A stretch of DNA of 64,000 bases from Nemertoderma westbladi. Its lineage: Eukaryota > Animalia > Xenacoelomorpha. Of this stretch, positions 37,761-50,931 are shown piece after piece (the stretch's first letter is position 1; each line of letters starts with the position of its first letter). The position numbers and the translations under genes are program-made. The notes beneath the pieces were generated by a model, which saw only the letters and a program-made list of their open reading frames with translations, was not told where the DNA came from and did not search any database. Location: NCBI GenBank assembly GCA_032718475.1, contig JAUCBJ010008776.1, positions 88,536 through 152,535 on the forward strand, written 5' to 3'.

Positions 37761-38701
37761 TAACCACAGATAGAGTCTCGTGCAAGGAGGTTGATATTTT
37801 GATCCGCCACCACACAGAGATGCTTGTGGGACGTCACCAAGGGATGCGTGCGGGAATGTGGCCTCGCCTGAATCATCGGCAGTTTCCAGAGACTAATTCA
37901 GTTCGCGCTATAGCGATCAAATCTTCAACCTTCAAGGGGCCATCAGCCATGGCGGCTCTAAGATTTGGAAATGGGGACAGGTCTGCGGGGTTCCGACCTT
38001 TCTGAAATGTACTGATTGAACTACATTGGCAACAACAACGATGTAGCTGCTAGCATACTTTATTACTGGGGCTCTAAACTTCCTACATTATAATATTGGT
38101 TATATAATAATTATTAATGAGTCATTGTCAGCTGGCGGTGGGATAAAACTTGGTGCTTAGCACTTTCTCACAAATATATATTTTTTATTTCATTAATCAT
38201 CAGTAAATCTATCAATTATTTCTTTCTTTCCTCCCAGTAATCATAATCTGCCATTCTGTATCAAATGTTTGGTTGATAGGAATACTTCAGCCATTTCCTT
38301 ATATCTTAATTATAGAACATTTAGTTATGAAAATTTGTAGTGGACAACTGATGGTCTCCAAATGCAATAAAAGAAAATGATGTAAAACTAAAAGTATCTC
38401 AATGTATAATAATAAAGGATAGTAGATAACAAACTTACTTTCTTCGCCTACAATATAGGCAAAATGAAATACAATACAGCTGTGTAACACCAATATCTAA
38501 AGCAAATATACGAACTCATGCCAGGGGTGTGTAAATCAGGGAAATACCAATAAATATAAGAGTCAATAATATCCTACAAGCTGGAATAATATAGTAATAC
38601 GAAATACACTACTACATTGGGTTGGAGGAGTATACAAGTAAAATTTTAGCTTCCCAAATTGTAGTCGCCATCCTCACAGAAATTTGAGATTATAAAATAA
38701 A

Positions 38702-40346
38702 GTGCGAGATGGCGAAGATGATCCAAAGGAATTTTGGAATATTCTAAAGCCACGGAAAGGAATATCTACCACTCAAGTTCCAGCTGAATCATGTGTTCCT
38801 CACTTCTCCAATCTATTATCTCGCGACCAACCCCCCCAGATACCGCTTCTGCCAGATAATCCTGACAAGTTCCTGGACGAAGCCATCACGGTTTCCGAGG
38901 TCACCGAGGCAGTGACCAAACAGAAACTCAGAAAGGCTACCGGTCCGGACGGCATTTCGAATGAATCTCTAAAGTCGGGTATTGGTTGCCTGCTGCTGTT
39001 TCTTTTCAGCTTATTTTCATTATGTTTTGCCACTGCATCCTGCCCCATTGCGTGGCTAACTTCCTTTATTATCCCTCTCTACAATGGTAAGGGGTCGAAG
39101 TCGTCGCCGGACTCGTACAGGGGTATTGCCTTACTCTCATGCCTATTGAAAACTTACACTACTGTTCTCTTCAACCATCTCTACATATGGGCCGAAACGA
39201 ACAAGAAACTCCCCAATGCGCAGTTTGGCTTCCGTAAGGGAAGGTCTACTTTGATGGCGGTCAAGTGTCTCTACACTCGAATCAGTTCAGCCTTATCTAT
39301 TCCTGGGGGTCGAATGTTCTGTGTCTTTATAGACTTTTCAAAGGCATTTGACACTGTCAATCGTGAATACCTATGCTCAAAACTTTCGTTGCTATGAGTA
39401 AGTCGAACTTTCATTAGTGTCATTTAGGCCTTAATAGCAATGAACTATATTCGTATTTGCATCGGGATTGTTCTCACGGATCCTATTTCTCAAATGGCTG
39501 GTGTAATCCAAGGAGACAAATTATCCCCATTGCTTTTTAGCTTGTTTATTGCGGATCTCCCGGCTTTACTATTAACAGGAATTGGTGTATTTGTACTTCT
39601 ATATGCCGATGACCTCGCCATTGTCGGCAATTCGATAGAAGAAGTGCAACTGGCACTGGATAAACTGGCTCAATATTGCGATGACAACGATCTCATAGTC
39701 AACCTACAGAAGACTAAGGCCATTAAATTCCAACGATGAGCTTATTTACAAAGGACGACCCGTGGAATTTGTGAACAAATTCAACTACCTAGGGGTGGTC
39801 TTGTCTACAAAGAACTCACCGTCTGGTCATTTTACTCACCTTTATAACCGGGGCATCGCTTCAACAATGCGTTTATCGACTTTGGTTGACATAAGCGTGA
39901 TATCTAGCGCTTCTGCTCACAAACTATGGTCACTCGTAGTTTTTCCCGCTGCAACGTATGGTTGCTCAGTGTTTTATGCAAACGATTTATCGCAAGAGCA
40001 CCTATCTCAACTCCCACACGTATTGAAAGTTTGTGGATTTTTCTACAAGCTCTGGTGTGGAGTATCAAAATACGCATCAATGACTAACATCCTCGTGGCT
40101 GTTGATAATCCCGAGGAATCTAGCATTAACCTTATGTTCCTCGCAGGACAACAACGTAGGGTTGGATCTCAGTTCATCTCGAATGGATTCCACCATAAGG
40201 TCTGCAGTTCCGTCAACTGCTGGCGACCGACCCCTTTATGTGTGTGTCGACTGTGTGGGGATGCTGCACAGTCACCAGCCCACGTCATGGGCTGTGCCCT
40301 ATTACATAAACTCCATGTTAGCCCCCTGCGTTTGGCCTTCCACTAG
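38702..40346 (+). pseudogene. 5'-truncated LINE ORF2 (RT plus C-terminal Cys/His region), RTEX-like, disrupted
   Basis: KATGPDGI, YRGIALLS, QFGFRKGRST, FIDFSKAFDTV, GVIQGDKLSPLLF, YADD, FNYLGV, and terminal CRLC...HVMGC. Stops at 39397 and 39739. Confidence 0.88.
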
Positions 40347-41209
40347 CGAGTAAACCCTCCTTTAGCGAGTAAACTCAATTCTATTACAATTAATAACTTT
40401 ATTCTTAAACCTTTACAATTTTTATTTTACTTCAGTCGTGCTATTTTTTAAGTTAATTCGTTTTACTATTTATCCGTTGGATAAGAATATGCATAATCAT
40501 CATAAAATAAATTCCTGGAAATAAGTAGCTATCCAAGTATTACCTTTTATTATTAGTTGTTGTTCAGTCTAATAATTTACTTGTGAAACAAAGGAAATAA
40601 ACATCAGAGCATGACCGTTACATGTATTGCTTTATTTCTGATTTGCCTGTACATTAATCCATATTTATTTTATTTTATTTATTTATTGACAAATAGGGTC
40701 TTGGGACGTTAGTGCCCCCGAGACATTAGTGCCCGCGGGCACTGTCTCAGTACATTTAGTGCCCGCAGTCACTTAGTCGCATCATCGCGGGCACTAATAT
40801 CCCATAGGACGTTAGTGCCCACAAGACGTTAGTGCCCGCGAGACAATAGTGCCCGCGAGACGTTAGTGCCCGCGAGACATTAGTGCCCACGAGACATTAG
40901 TGCCCGCGAGACATTAGTGCCGGCTTAGCAACTTAGTTAGTATATGTAATAAATACAACAGGCCAGGAAGAAATTTTGCGCTTCTTTAGTTCCTGCTGAT
41001 GCAAACGAGTTGTTACTTTCTTCAAGCTTCAAAGGTAATTTCCAGTCTTTAGTTCCCGCATCTCGTTATTTAACATTTTAATTTCATCTTGGATCTTTTA
41101 TAATTAAAAAATTTATTAACCTCAGCTAGCTTTATATTATTTGGTTTTGTGGTAAAGTCTTCAAGGAATGAGGATTAAGCAACAGCGTTTGATTGTTATA
41201 TAAATAATG

Positions 41210-41360
41210 ACACAAATAACACAAAAGTAATTTATTAGTTGGATAACCCAAAAGTAATTTATTCATTGGATAACACAAAAGTAATTTATTAGTTGGATAA
41301 CACCAATGTAAGTTATTAGTTGGATAACACCAAAGTAAGTTATTAGTTGGATAACACCAC
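41210..41360 (+). repeat. 30-bp tandem repeat (about 5 copies) in the LINE 5' UTR
   Basis: ggataacacaaaagtaatttattagtt-type units at 30-bp spacing. Confidence 0.85.
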
Positions 41361-41511
41361 TGATTGCATTGGTTGTCGTTGTGGTGGCCCTTGTTATACA
41401 GTACTACTGACTGACATTGACATCCACTACTCCAAATCAGAGTACCGGTACCGTGAAACAGACCCTGTTGTTTTGCTTTGTAAATCCTGTAATCGGCCAG
41501 TCTGTCTGTAG

Positions 41512-42869
41512 ATGGACACGTCTCTATCGGGTTCACAATCTGTGGGCGACAGCGGTTTAGGAGGGTTTCAAACGTGCTATGACAATGAACTCGGTGGTGG
41601 AACTCCTGTCTCTACGTCCGGAAATACAGTTGTTATTATTAACTCGTGTTTAACTGCAATAACACAGGGTATGGCTTCGAACACGTGGGAAGTAATGGCG
41701 GAATGTTGTATGGCAGGCTACACGTCGGATGAAGTACTCCAGGCGAAGCAAATGCTATTTGGAAAGCTCGGGATAGAGTGTCGTAATCGACGAGATACCA
41801 GCGAACGATCAGCTGCGCTAGCTAATCTTAAAGACGTATATGAAAAGATGCGTGAGTTAGATTCTGCTGGTAATTTGCCGGTCATTGCAGTTGAGGCGTT
41901 AGATGCGTTAAAGTTACCGAAATGGAAGGTACCTCGCGGAGGAGTGCCGACAGTAAATGGAAACATATCTCTAGCTCAAGTTAATGATATCGATATATTG
42001 GAGATGATCGCTTCAGTCGATAGAAAAATTGACGATTTCCAAAAATCGGTGATTGATAAACTTAAGATAATAGAATCCAACCAGATATCCGATCCGAGCG
42101 GATCGGTAGCTGCATTTAGGGGCTCTTCGGAACCTGGGCGACAATTCATATTTCCAGGGAACCCGCCAAACGCTCGACGAACATATTCGGAGGCAGTAAA
42201 TAAACACCCTACGTCGCAAAGGAGCTCGCCTCGGTCTTCTACAGGCGCACTTCCACATAACAATTCTGGTTATAAAGGAAATACGACTGGTAGTCCGTGT
42301 ACATCTCCACATACGGACCATCGTCAGTGTCCAGGAAGTGCGAAGCGTCCGCGTTCATCTCCTATTGATCAGGACTTTCAGACTTCCGGTGCTGGAAGCC
42401 ATTCATCGCATCCCGTCAAGTTGAATGGTACGACTGCAACTCGCCCTAACGGAGTTATAGATAAGGATGAATTTCAGTTAGTTTCTAAGAGACGAAGGCG
42501 CCCTGCTCATATTGTTGGTTCTGGAGGGAATACTTCGTCGAATAGTTCAGTGACCAGACCAAACGATTCAACGCTAAGGTAGCTCCAGTGGAGCTATTTG
42601 TGTTTAGAATGGATAGAAGCACTACAGCTAAGAACTTAGTCGATGATTTGGCTTTGAGCAGCATAACCATTCCTGAGTCTAATATAACTAAAATCTCTCA
42701 CGTTGATTCCCGCAGCGCGAGTTTCAGGGTCATCATTCCGAATAATAATCTAGACGCTGCTATGCAGCCGGACATCTGGCCCCCTGGCGCCTGTGTACGG
42801 AGATGGTTTTACTACCCGAACCGATCCAAGGAGCGTACCGATCCTTCGACAGAATTGGCGACGAAATAG
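41512..42869 (+). pseudogene. LINE ORF1 (frameshift near 42580)
   Basis: Long ORF with a short coiled-coil segment and FQLVSKRRRR. The second part ELFVFRM...SFRV...WPPGACVRRW is typical of ORF1 C-termini and is homologous to 63560-63914. Confidence 0.8.
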
Positions 42870-45270
42870 TTGTGTCCCTCATATACAGTCTGAAATTTAT
42901 TTATAACACTTAAAACATTCAAAATGGCATCCAATCTAACAACATCACCGACAATCTCGAAAAATAATCAATACGGCTTCAATGTTATTTCTTTTAACAG
43001 TAGGGGGTTCTCTGAGGATAAGGCCGAATTTATCAAATTTCTGTCGCTCAGTCGCTCATTATTTGTCTGCAAGAACTTTTTATTCAGAAAGATAACTTTA
43101 ATTATTTAAGACGACGTTTTCCGAACTTTGACTGCTACTTTGTTCCAGCATTCTACTCAGACAGTAATCCAGAACATCGCGGGCGAGCTTCGGCTGGTCT
43201 CTGTGTTTTAGTTAAAAAGTCGATCTCTAAATATGTGTCTTTAATTAAGACTAACAGCAAACGGTTGCAACATGTTAATCTGACATTCCCAAATTCAAAA
43301 GATATCGTTCTGATTAACACATATTTCCCAGTGGATTCAAGGAATAAAGAGTCAGTTAGTGATGAATATTTGGAAGTTATGAATGAAATTCTCAATATTG
43401 TAAATAGTGCCAATAGTAATAATATTTTAGTAACTGGTGATTTTAATGCCGACTTTTCTAGGCAGACAGCTCATGTTAACCACCTCCGTAAGTTTGTTAG
43501 TGATAATAATCTGTTAGTTACATGGGATAAATTTGATATCGATTATACATGTATTTTCAATCAGAATGATGACTTATTTTTCTCTACTTTAGATCATTTT
43601 ATAGTTTCTCAATCTTTATTGTTTGCATGTTATGAAGCTGGGGTTGCACACTCGGGTGCTAATTTGTCTGACCACTCACCTATATTTATTTTAAATTTTA
43701 TGTAGATAATTTAGAAGATTCAAATGTGCTTAGAGATTGTCCTTCAAAGCCAAATTTTCGTAAAGCTAATAACGAGCAGCAAGAACTATTTAAACAAACT
43801 CTTTCTGATCGGTTAAGTAATTTAACATGTACAGTTTGTGCTGATATTTTTTGTGAGGATTTAAGTCATATAGGTAATATTGATGTCTATACCAGTAAGA
43901 TACTAGAAGCTCTTAATGATGCCGCTTCTGTGCTACCAGGGTCTGGTGGCAATAGTAACAGAAACATGAGCTATACTCTTCCAGGTTGGAATGAGTACGT
44001 ACGACCATTCAAAGAAGATGCTATATTCTGGCATAGTTTATGGTTATCCGCAGGAAAACCTAATGCGAGTTTGGGTAATTTATTCCGCATGAGACGTACT
44101 TCTAGAGCACAGTATAAGTTTGCTGTGCGTAGACTGAAAAGAAAAGTAGACTTCATAAATAAGGATAAGTTACTAAATGCCTGTTTAACAAATTCTAGTA
44201 TTAATATATTTTCAGAAATAGGAAAAGGAAACAGGAAAAATGTCCCTGTAAATAACACATGTGTTGTATGCTGCTATATCAATGATGTTCGAAAAAACTA
44301 CCATAGGCCACCTCTTCGTACCACGCTTTACACTATATGTAGACAATGATTGATCACTGGCATCAACTCCACCTTTATATTTGTTATATGACAGAATAAT
44401 ATCCGGCTTTTTATCATCACGTGAGGACAAAGATGCATCAGCATGCATTGTGCTCAACAGCGTTACAACCTTGCCGCGTTTGGGACAATAAGAAACAATT
44501 GTACAATCTTCAGTGTGAGCAAATATGCTGCTGAACCTTTCCCGACCTTTGGTTTCCACAAATTCTGCAGGTAATTCTGGCTTATTTTTGCGCATTGTAC
44601 CCACCACCGTCTGATTGCGCTTTAGAAGTTCCTGGGATAATGAGTATGAAGTAAAAAAGTTATCAACAGTGATATTTCTTCCAGGTAGACCTTTAGTCGA
44701 CTCCAATACAACCCGCTGACCTTGATTCTTCTCTACATTATCACCCTGTTTACCAGTATAAGGTTCAATATTATGAATATAGTTTTTATCACCAGTGGTC
44801 GTAACCCAATTTTTTAAATCATAACGTGCTGGCTTGTTTGGCATATATTGACGGAATGAACATCGCCCTCGAAATGCCACCAATTGTTCATCCACACAAA
44901 GATTTTCTGAAGGAACATATGCTAGAGGTAACTGCTCAACAAATTTTGTCAATATATTTCGAATAGCTGCAAATTTGTCTAAATCACGTCGCCTTTTTGT
45001 TTTGTCATCAAACCTCACAAATCTACAAATTTGTTTGAATCGTTTCAATGACATAGTAGCGCGAAAAATAGGTCTACCAAAGTCAGCTGACCATAGCTGA
45101 GTTACATGTTCAGTGGAAGAGCGAAATACACCACCAAGAATCAACAACCCAATGTAGGCCATAAATTCATCGAATATAATGGGTTTCCAATTGTCACCAA
45201 GATTTCTATGTGCCTCATTATTTGTCATTTCAAGTATAATATTAATCATTGTAATAGTAAAAAATATATA

Positions 45271-48200
45271 GGGTAATTCCATCCAAAGACAACAAATCGG
45301 TGTGGCACTATATCCCAGATTTCAAAAATAATTCTAATATATGTTGTAAATTGGTTACGTAATGAGTGTTCAAAATTTGGCGCCAATTGGAGCACAGGAA
45401 AAAAATTTACATCCACTTTTGTTTTGGTTTTTGTCAAAATTGAACAATATATTATTGGCATTATTGTTGGTCTACAAATCGGGAAGACGCCAAAAATGTG
45501 TCTTGGATGTAGTTAATATAATAATTATTCATTTAGCAAAGAATTGTGAACCACCGGGTTTGTAGACCTGTTGTGCCGGCACTTTTCATTTTACTAAAAT
45601 TTTGGAAAAATTTAATTTATGGGTATGTTTTGATTGCGAATTATTCAACTATCAATGATTGCTGTTTAATAAATATAAGTTATTATGTGCTACTCACATA
45701 TATTAAATATATCTTAAGTGTTTTTTTAATTAAAATAGTGTGTAAATTGAAACTGTATTGACATTTGACATGTTAATTTCGTGAAAAACACCAAAATCAA
45801 TATAGGTCTACATATATATTTCGTTCTGAAAACTTGCATGGTGGTTCGTTAGGCAATTATTGGGGAGCCTTGTAAATTTCAACATTCACCCATTATTAGT
45901 TTTGGTTTTATTTAATATTTAAGAATAGGACCGGCAGGTTTAATTTAACTTCTTTCTCTAAGGCACATTCAACTTCAGACATGTCGGCTTGTGTTTTCTC
46001 AAAGCAAACCAACTCGTGATTGGCATATGTATTCTCAGCATGGGACTCCTATAGCTGCAGTAGCGGGCTGGCTAAACACGTTACAAGAAGTAATGTAAGG
46101 CTAGGCAATAATGTTCACTCTCTGCTGAGTAAAGAGTGCTGATTCTTGTTAGGGGTGTGTTAGTGTTATTATCTTTCTGTTTGAATTTACTGTTTGGATG
46201 ATCTGTCTGGATGACAACAAAATGTATAATAATTTAAGTAATTAAAGCTTAATTATTTTATTCAATTAAATATATCAATAATATCCCTGTACATGATTAA
46301 CATTACTGTTTAATTGTTTTCGGGCAAACAGAAAAATCCTACAATTGAAGCTTTATTGTTACAATAAAATCTCACACGGAGAAACATAAGTATAATTAAG
46401 ATTGACTTGTCTACTTTATACACAAATAATTTAGTTATTAGTTTAGTTCGGAGAAGCAAAACTGTCCCCGAGTTCCAATCGCTTTTGGTGGTTGCAAGAG
46501 TTTTAATACATCTTCAATTGGGTAACGAAGAATGTCCTCTCGTTTGGGCCAACGGTAATACCACGGCCCACTCTGCATCATCGTAGTGACAGTCACATAT
46601 TCGCAGTCAGATTCTAAAATTGTGCCAGGATATGTTTCATCTTCATACTGAACTAGGACCCACTTTCCAACCTCCAATGTCGGCGGGAGAGATGATTTGT
46701 TTCCCTTATCTATATTGAAGATCTTTGTATCCTCGGAGTCAGATGTAATCTTACATTCCAGTTTATTATTTGAAGTTACCTGGAAGAAGTGGAAGCTCCG
46801 CGTCCCAGGAATGCGGAAAACAGTATCACCGAATCGGTCCTTATTAAGGTCTTTCTCAATTCTTTCAACCTCTGAATGTGATACCCACAGAAACCTAAAT
46901 AAAGAACAAAGATATGTTAAAGTGATATTAAATTTTTTAATATATGAAACATAATTATCTTGAATTGAAGGAAGGGATGGCGGAGTGAAGAAAGATAGTC
47001 TATGGGTGTAAATGGTTGGGTGAATTCTTAGCCCGCGAGTATTCTTAGCCCGCGGGTATTCTTAGCCCGCGGGTATTCTTAGCCCGCGAGTTAGTAAAGG
47101 AGCAGGTTAGTAAATAGTAAATATGAAACCACTCATTCACCCATATCACCAAAATTAAAGAAAGAGAGTGGAAGGACAGTAAATAGAAGTAGATAAAATA
47201 CAGAAATAAATTAATTGAATATCATATAACTTACTCTATTCCTTTAATATTGTCTTTAGCAGCTTCGTAAAATGCAGTTGGTGATACTATTTGGTCAGCA
47301 ATCGGCCGCTGCAGGCTCAATTTGGATACAATGCGTTTCACAGTACCACCAATTCCATCACATGGACTCTTCCCATGGCTAGTCCCAAAGAAGTGCCACA
47401 CTCCTTTAATTCCATGGTCTCTCTGATGGTACATTAGATTAAGGAAATTAAACCTGTTCTTATATTGACCTGAAGCACCGTCAGTGAAATAGTGCACTGT
47501 GTTGACTTTGGGATGCTTTGCTTTCAGTAAAGGCATAAGTTTTTTCAAGTAAAGGTGGACCGCTGGTGAGGAATGTACCCGTGAATCCGAAATCACACAA
47601 TAACTTCCATTCTTCAATTCTAGGGTTTGCTTGTCTGGCTGATAAGTTTCTTTATAATAAACCACGAGAGGGTGGAGGGTAACTTGCTCGTTCTCCCAAT
47701 GGTAACTTTGAATCTCATCTTGTATTATGAAGCTGAAATTCTCTGCAAAGTCCATTATGATAATTAGTTCTTCTTCAGTTAACTTCAGCTTCAAATCTTT
47801 CAAAAAGTTTGATTGCGATTTCGAAACATAGTGATGTGGAATCAACTTCATTATATCGTCTGCTAGAGTTTCTACAAATTCCGAAATGGGTTCGGTAATG
47901 CTTTGTAGAAGAGCTCTATCCCCACCTGTTCCCCACTGCCTAAAAGTAATATCTGTTCCGTCCAAATCCTGGGCTTCAACTGTCTCCTGAAGGAATTCTA
48001 GAACTGCAGTCATACCTGGACAGCTTTCACAGGAACCTAGTGCGCAGGGGTATGCTTCAATATTACATACAGCTTTATCTAAAAGGTCTTTGTAGTCAAG
48101 TTCCTTCACCCGTAATGCTGCGACCTTTAGTTTTGGGTTTTGGTGGTGTACACAGACACACACATTGTGGGTTCCTGCAGGTCCAGCCAAAATACATTGC

Positions 48201-50931
48201 GGAGGACGGAGTAAGGCAAAGGTAGAAAATCCTATATTTCCGGGTGGATTTCTTTCCTTCCACAACAAGTAAAGTTCTTTAAGGTTCCCCAATAGCAGTC
48301 GCTTTTGCAATTTAACTTTCCCTGAGTCTGTTCTTACTGTAACTAGGTCCCCTTTCCCTGGACACATCCGTCCAATATCGTCAGTAAGATAAAACGACTT
48401 TATATTATTTCTTATTACTTCATCTATCAGTTTTCCTCTTGGTTTATTTCCCACTCGTTCCCCCAAAATTCCAGAATCGATTCGTAACTTCTTTGCTTCT
48501 ATGGCTAAATGGTTTGTTATTCCAAATTGAGCTGTAGTCTTCTTTATTGTCCAGTGACTGGGAACCAATGTTAGAATGCGAACTTTGTCGTTGTAGCATT
48601 TTTCCTGCGAGAGTTTGTTCTTTATCAGATCAACAACCTCCCACATTGCAGACGCCATCTCTGCATTATCTTCTGATTCACTCTCACTTACTGGTATGCC
48701 AAGTGAAGTCGACCCTTTATTTAATAAAAGTTTCTTTGCACAGTTCACTTTTACTTTCAGTTTCCGTTTTAACTGAACTCTTGCTCTTTTTTTATGGAGT
48801 TTCAGTGGAGTTTGTTCAAGGCTTTGTAATGTCTTATTAAGATTATCCAACTCCGCTTTATTTAATTTTGGTGTAGCTGGTGCAAAGTCGGATGAGGAAC
48901 TGGAAATGTTTTCTGAATCTTCTGATTCATAATCTGCCGATTGCGAAAGATGATGAAAACGATTTAGTGTATTAAGATTGGACCGGGAAAAAATTGAAGA
49001 ATTTACTATGAGTGTTGGTGATTTCAACTCTCGGCGACAGCGTTGGCAAACCTTTCTTCCTGGTACTAAATCAATGCAGATCGAAGCAAGTTGTGCATGA
49101 CGGACGTCATCCGCACTTAGGGGAATCAGGGCCTTTGTTACAGGCTTTGCATGCCGTTTAAAAGGGTCACAGCATTTCCGTTCTAAACTGCTGAAATGCT
49201 TCACGAATACCAATTCGTGGTGGGTGCAAATTGTTGAAACTTTTTCAACATTTAGACCAGTCCGCAGGGCAATTAAGGGCTGGTCATCAACCTTTACTGG
49301 CCAAGTTTTCCAATTTTTGCTGCCAGTTTTCATTAATGCATCGTTCTTACATGAAACGTTTAGTTCTCTGCCAATGGAGCACAATATATCATCGCGTGTT
49401 TCCATCTGAAGTTTGCGGCAACTGAACTCTATAACCAAAAAAACTAAGTAAAAAAATTTAACACCTGTATTTATAAATCGAATAAACTAAAATGATATTA
49501 TTACTGAAACACTGAAACTACAGTATAAACTGCGATATTTTATGTGAGGCAACCTGGCCTATATTTATATATTGAGAGAGACTCCCATGTAATTTCCCAT
49601 GCAGTAATTATAATTATACCTTTACAGTGTAATGCTAATAGGCGCGCCATGGGTCTGGCATAGGTTCCACGGAATTCAAATTCACCTGTCTTTCTTTATG
49701 CTTTACTTACAAGTTACAAAGTGTCAATCAACCTGTCAATCAAAAGATACAAAGTGAAAATCTCAATGGGGCTATATGGGACTACACTATTGGGAGTTCC
49801 CCTTCCCACTTTCTGGCACAGCCATACATACATATGATTAGTAGGTTTGGCTACAAGCACATGTTTAGTGTGTCAGTAACAGGTCTAGCGGGATCAGTGG
49901 CATTCAAAATTCCCCAAGTAACCAAACTGGAAATCCCCTATTGAGAATCCCCCTTCCTAAACTCCAAACACCAGCGCTGCAGGCACTGACGCTGTTCATT
50001 ATTGTTGTAATCATTCTGAACAAACCTGGGATATAACATTATAACCCACAACGTTATTTCCTTGGCAATACCACTTGTATAGGTGTAGCGGTAGCGAGCT
50101 ATGTACTGCAGCTAAAGGAAGCGAAGCCAGCCAGCCAGCTACTGCAGCTACTGGAGTCCCATGCTGAGAATACATATGCCAATCACGAGTTGGTTTGCTT
50201 TGAGAAAACACAAGCCGACATGTCTGAAGTTGAATGTGCCTTAGAGAAAGAAGTTAAATTAAACCTGCTGGTCCTATTCTTAAATATTAAATAAAACCAA
50301 AACTAATAATGGGTGAATGTTGAAATTTACAAGGCTCCCCAATAATTGCCTAACGAACCACCATGCAAGTTTTCAGAACGAAATATATATGTAGACCTTT
50401 ATTGATTTTGGTGTTTTTCACGAAATTAACATGTCAAATGTCAATACAGTTTCAATTTACACACTATTTTAATTGAAAAAACACTTAAGATATATTTAAT
50501 ATATGTGAGTAGCACATAATAACTTATATTTATTAAACAGCAATCATTGATAGTTGAATAATTCGCAATCAAAACATACCCATAAATTAAATTTTTCCAA
50601 AATTTTAGTAAAATGAAAAGTGCCGGCACAACAGGTCTACAAACCCGGTGGTTCACAATTCTTTGCTAAATGAATAATTATTATATTAACTACATCCAAG
50701 ACACATTTTTGGCGTCTTCCCGATTTGTAGACCAACAATAATGCCAATAATATATTGTTCAATTTTGACAAAAACCAAAACAAAAGTGGATGTAAATTTT
50801 TTTCCTGTGCTCCAATTGGCGCCAAATTTTGAACACTCATTACGTAACCAATTTACAACATATATTAGAATTATTTTTGAAATCTGGGATATAGTGCCAC
50901 ACCGATTTGTTGTCTTTGGATGGAATTACCC
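45271..50931 (-). mobile_element. Apparently intact autonomous Sola2-type DNA transposon (5661 bp)
   Basis: ~803-bp TIRs (45271-46073 / 50129-50931) starting GGGTAATTCC, with only a handful of mismatches seen. TATA TSD at 45267-45270 and 50932-50935. GRG terminus, 4-bp TSD, long TIRs and the transposase motifs fit Sola2. Confidence 0.85.
46438..49405 (-). CDS. Sola2-type DDE/D transposase, ~875 aa, two coding exons (49405-47235, 46894-46438)
   Basis: N-terminal CTHH..CCDPFKRH..CQRC. Motifs CVCVHHQN, MDFAENF..QDEIQSYHW, FTDGASGQYKN and HGKSPCDGIGGTVKR. Intron GTAAGT (47234) ... tttgttctttatttAG (46895) joins in frame to IPGTRSFHFF and the 46438-46677 ORF. Confidence 0.88.

Noticed and set aside
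45362-45761. Duplicated small ORFs mirrored at 50441-50840
   Set aside because: They are incidental ORFs within the two TIRs of the Sola2-type element.
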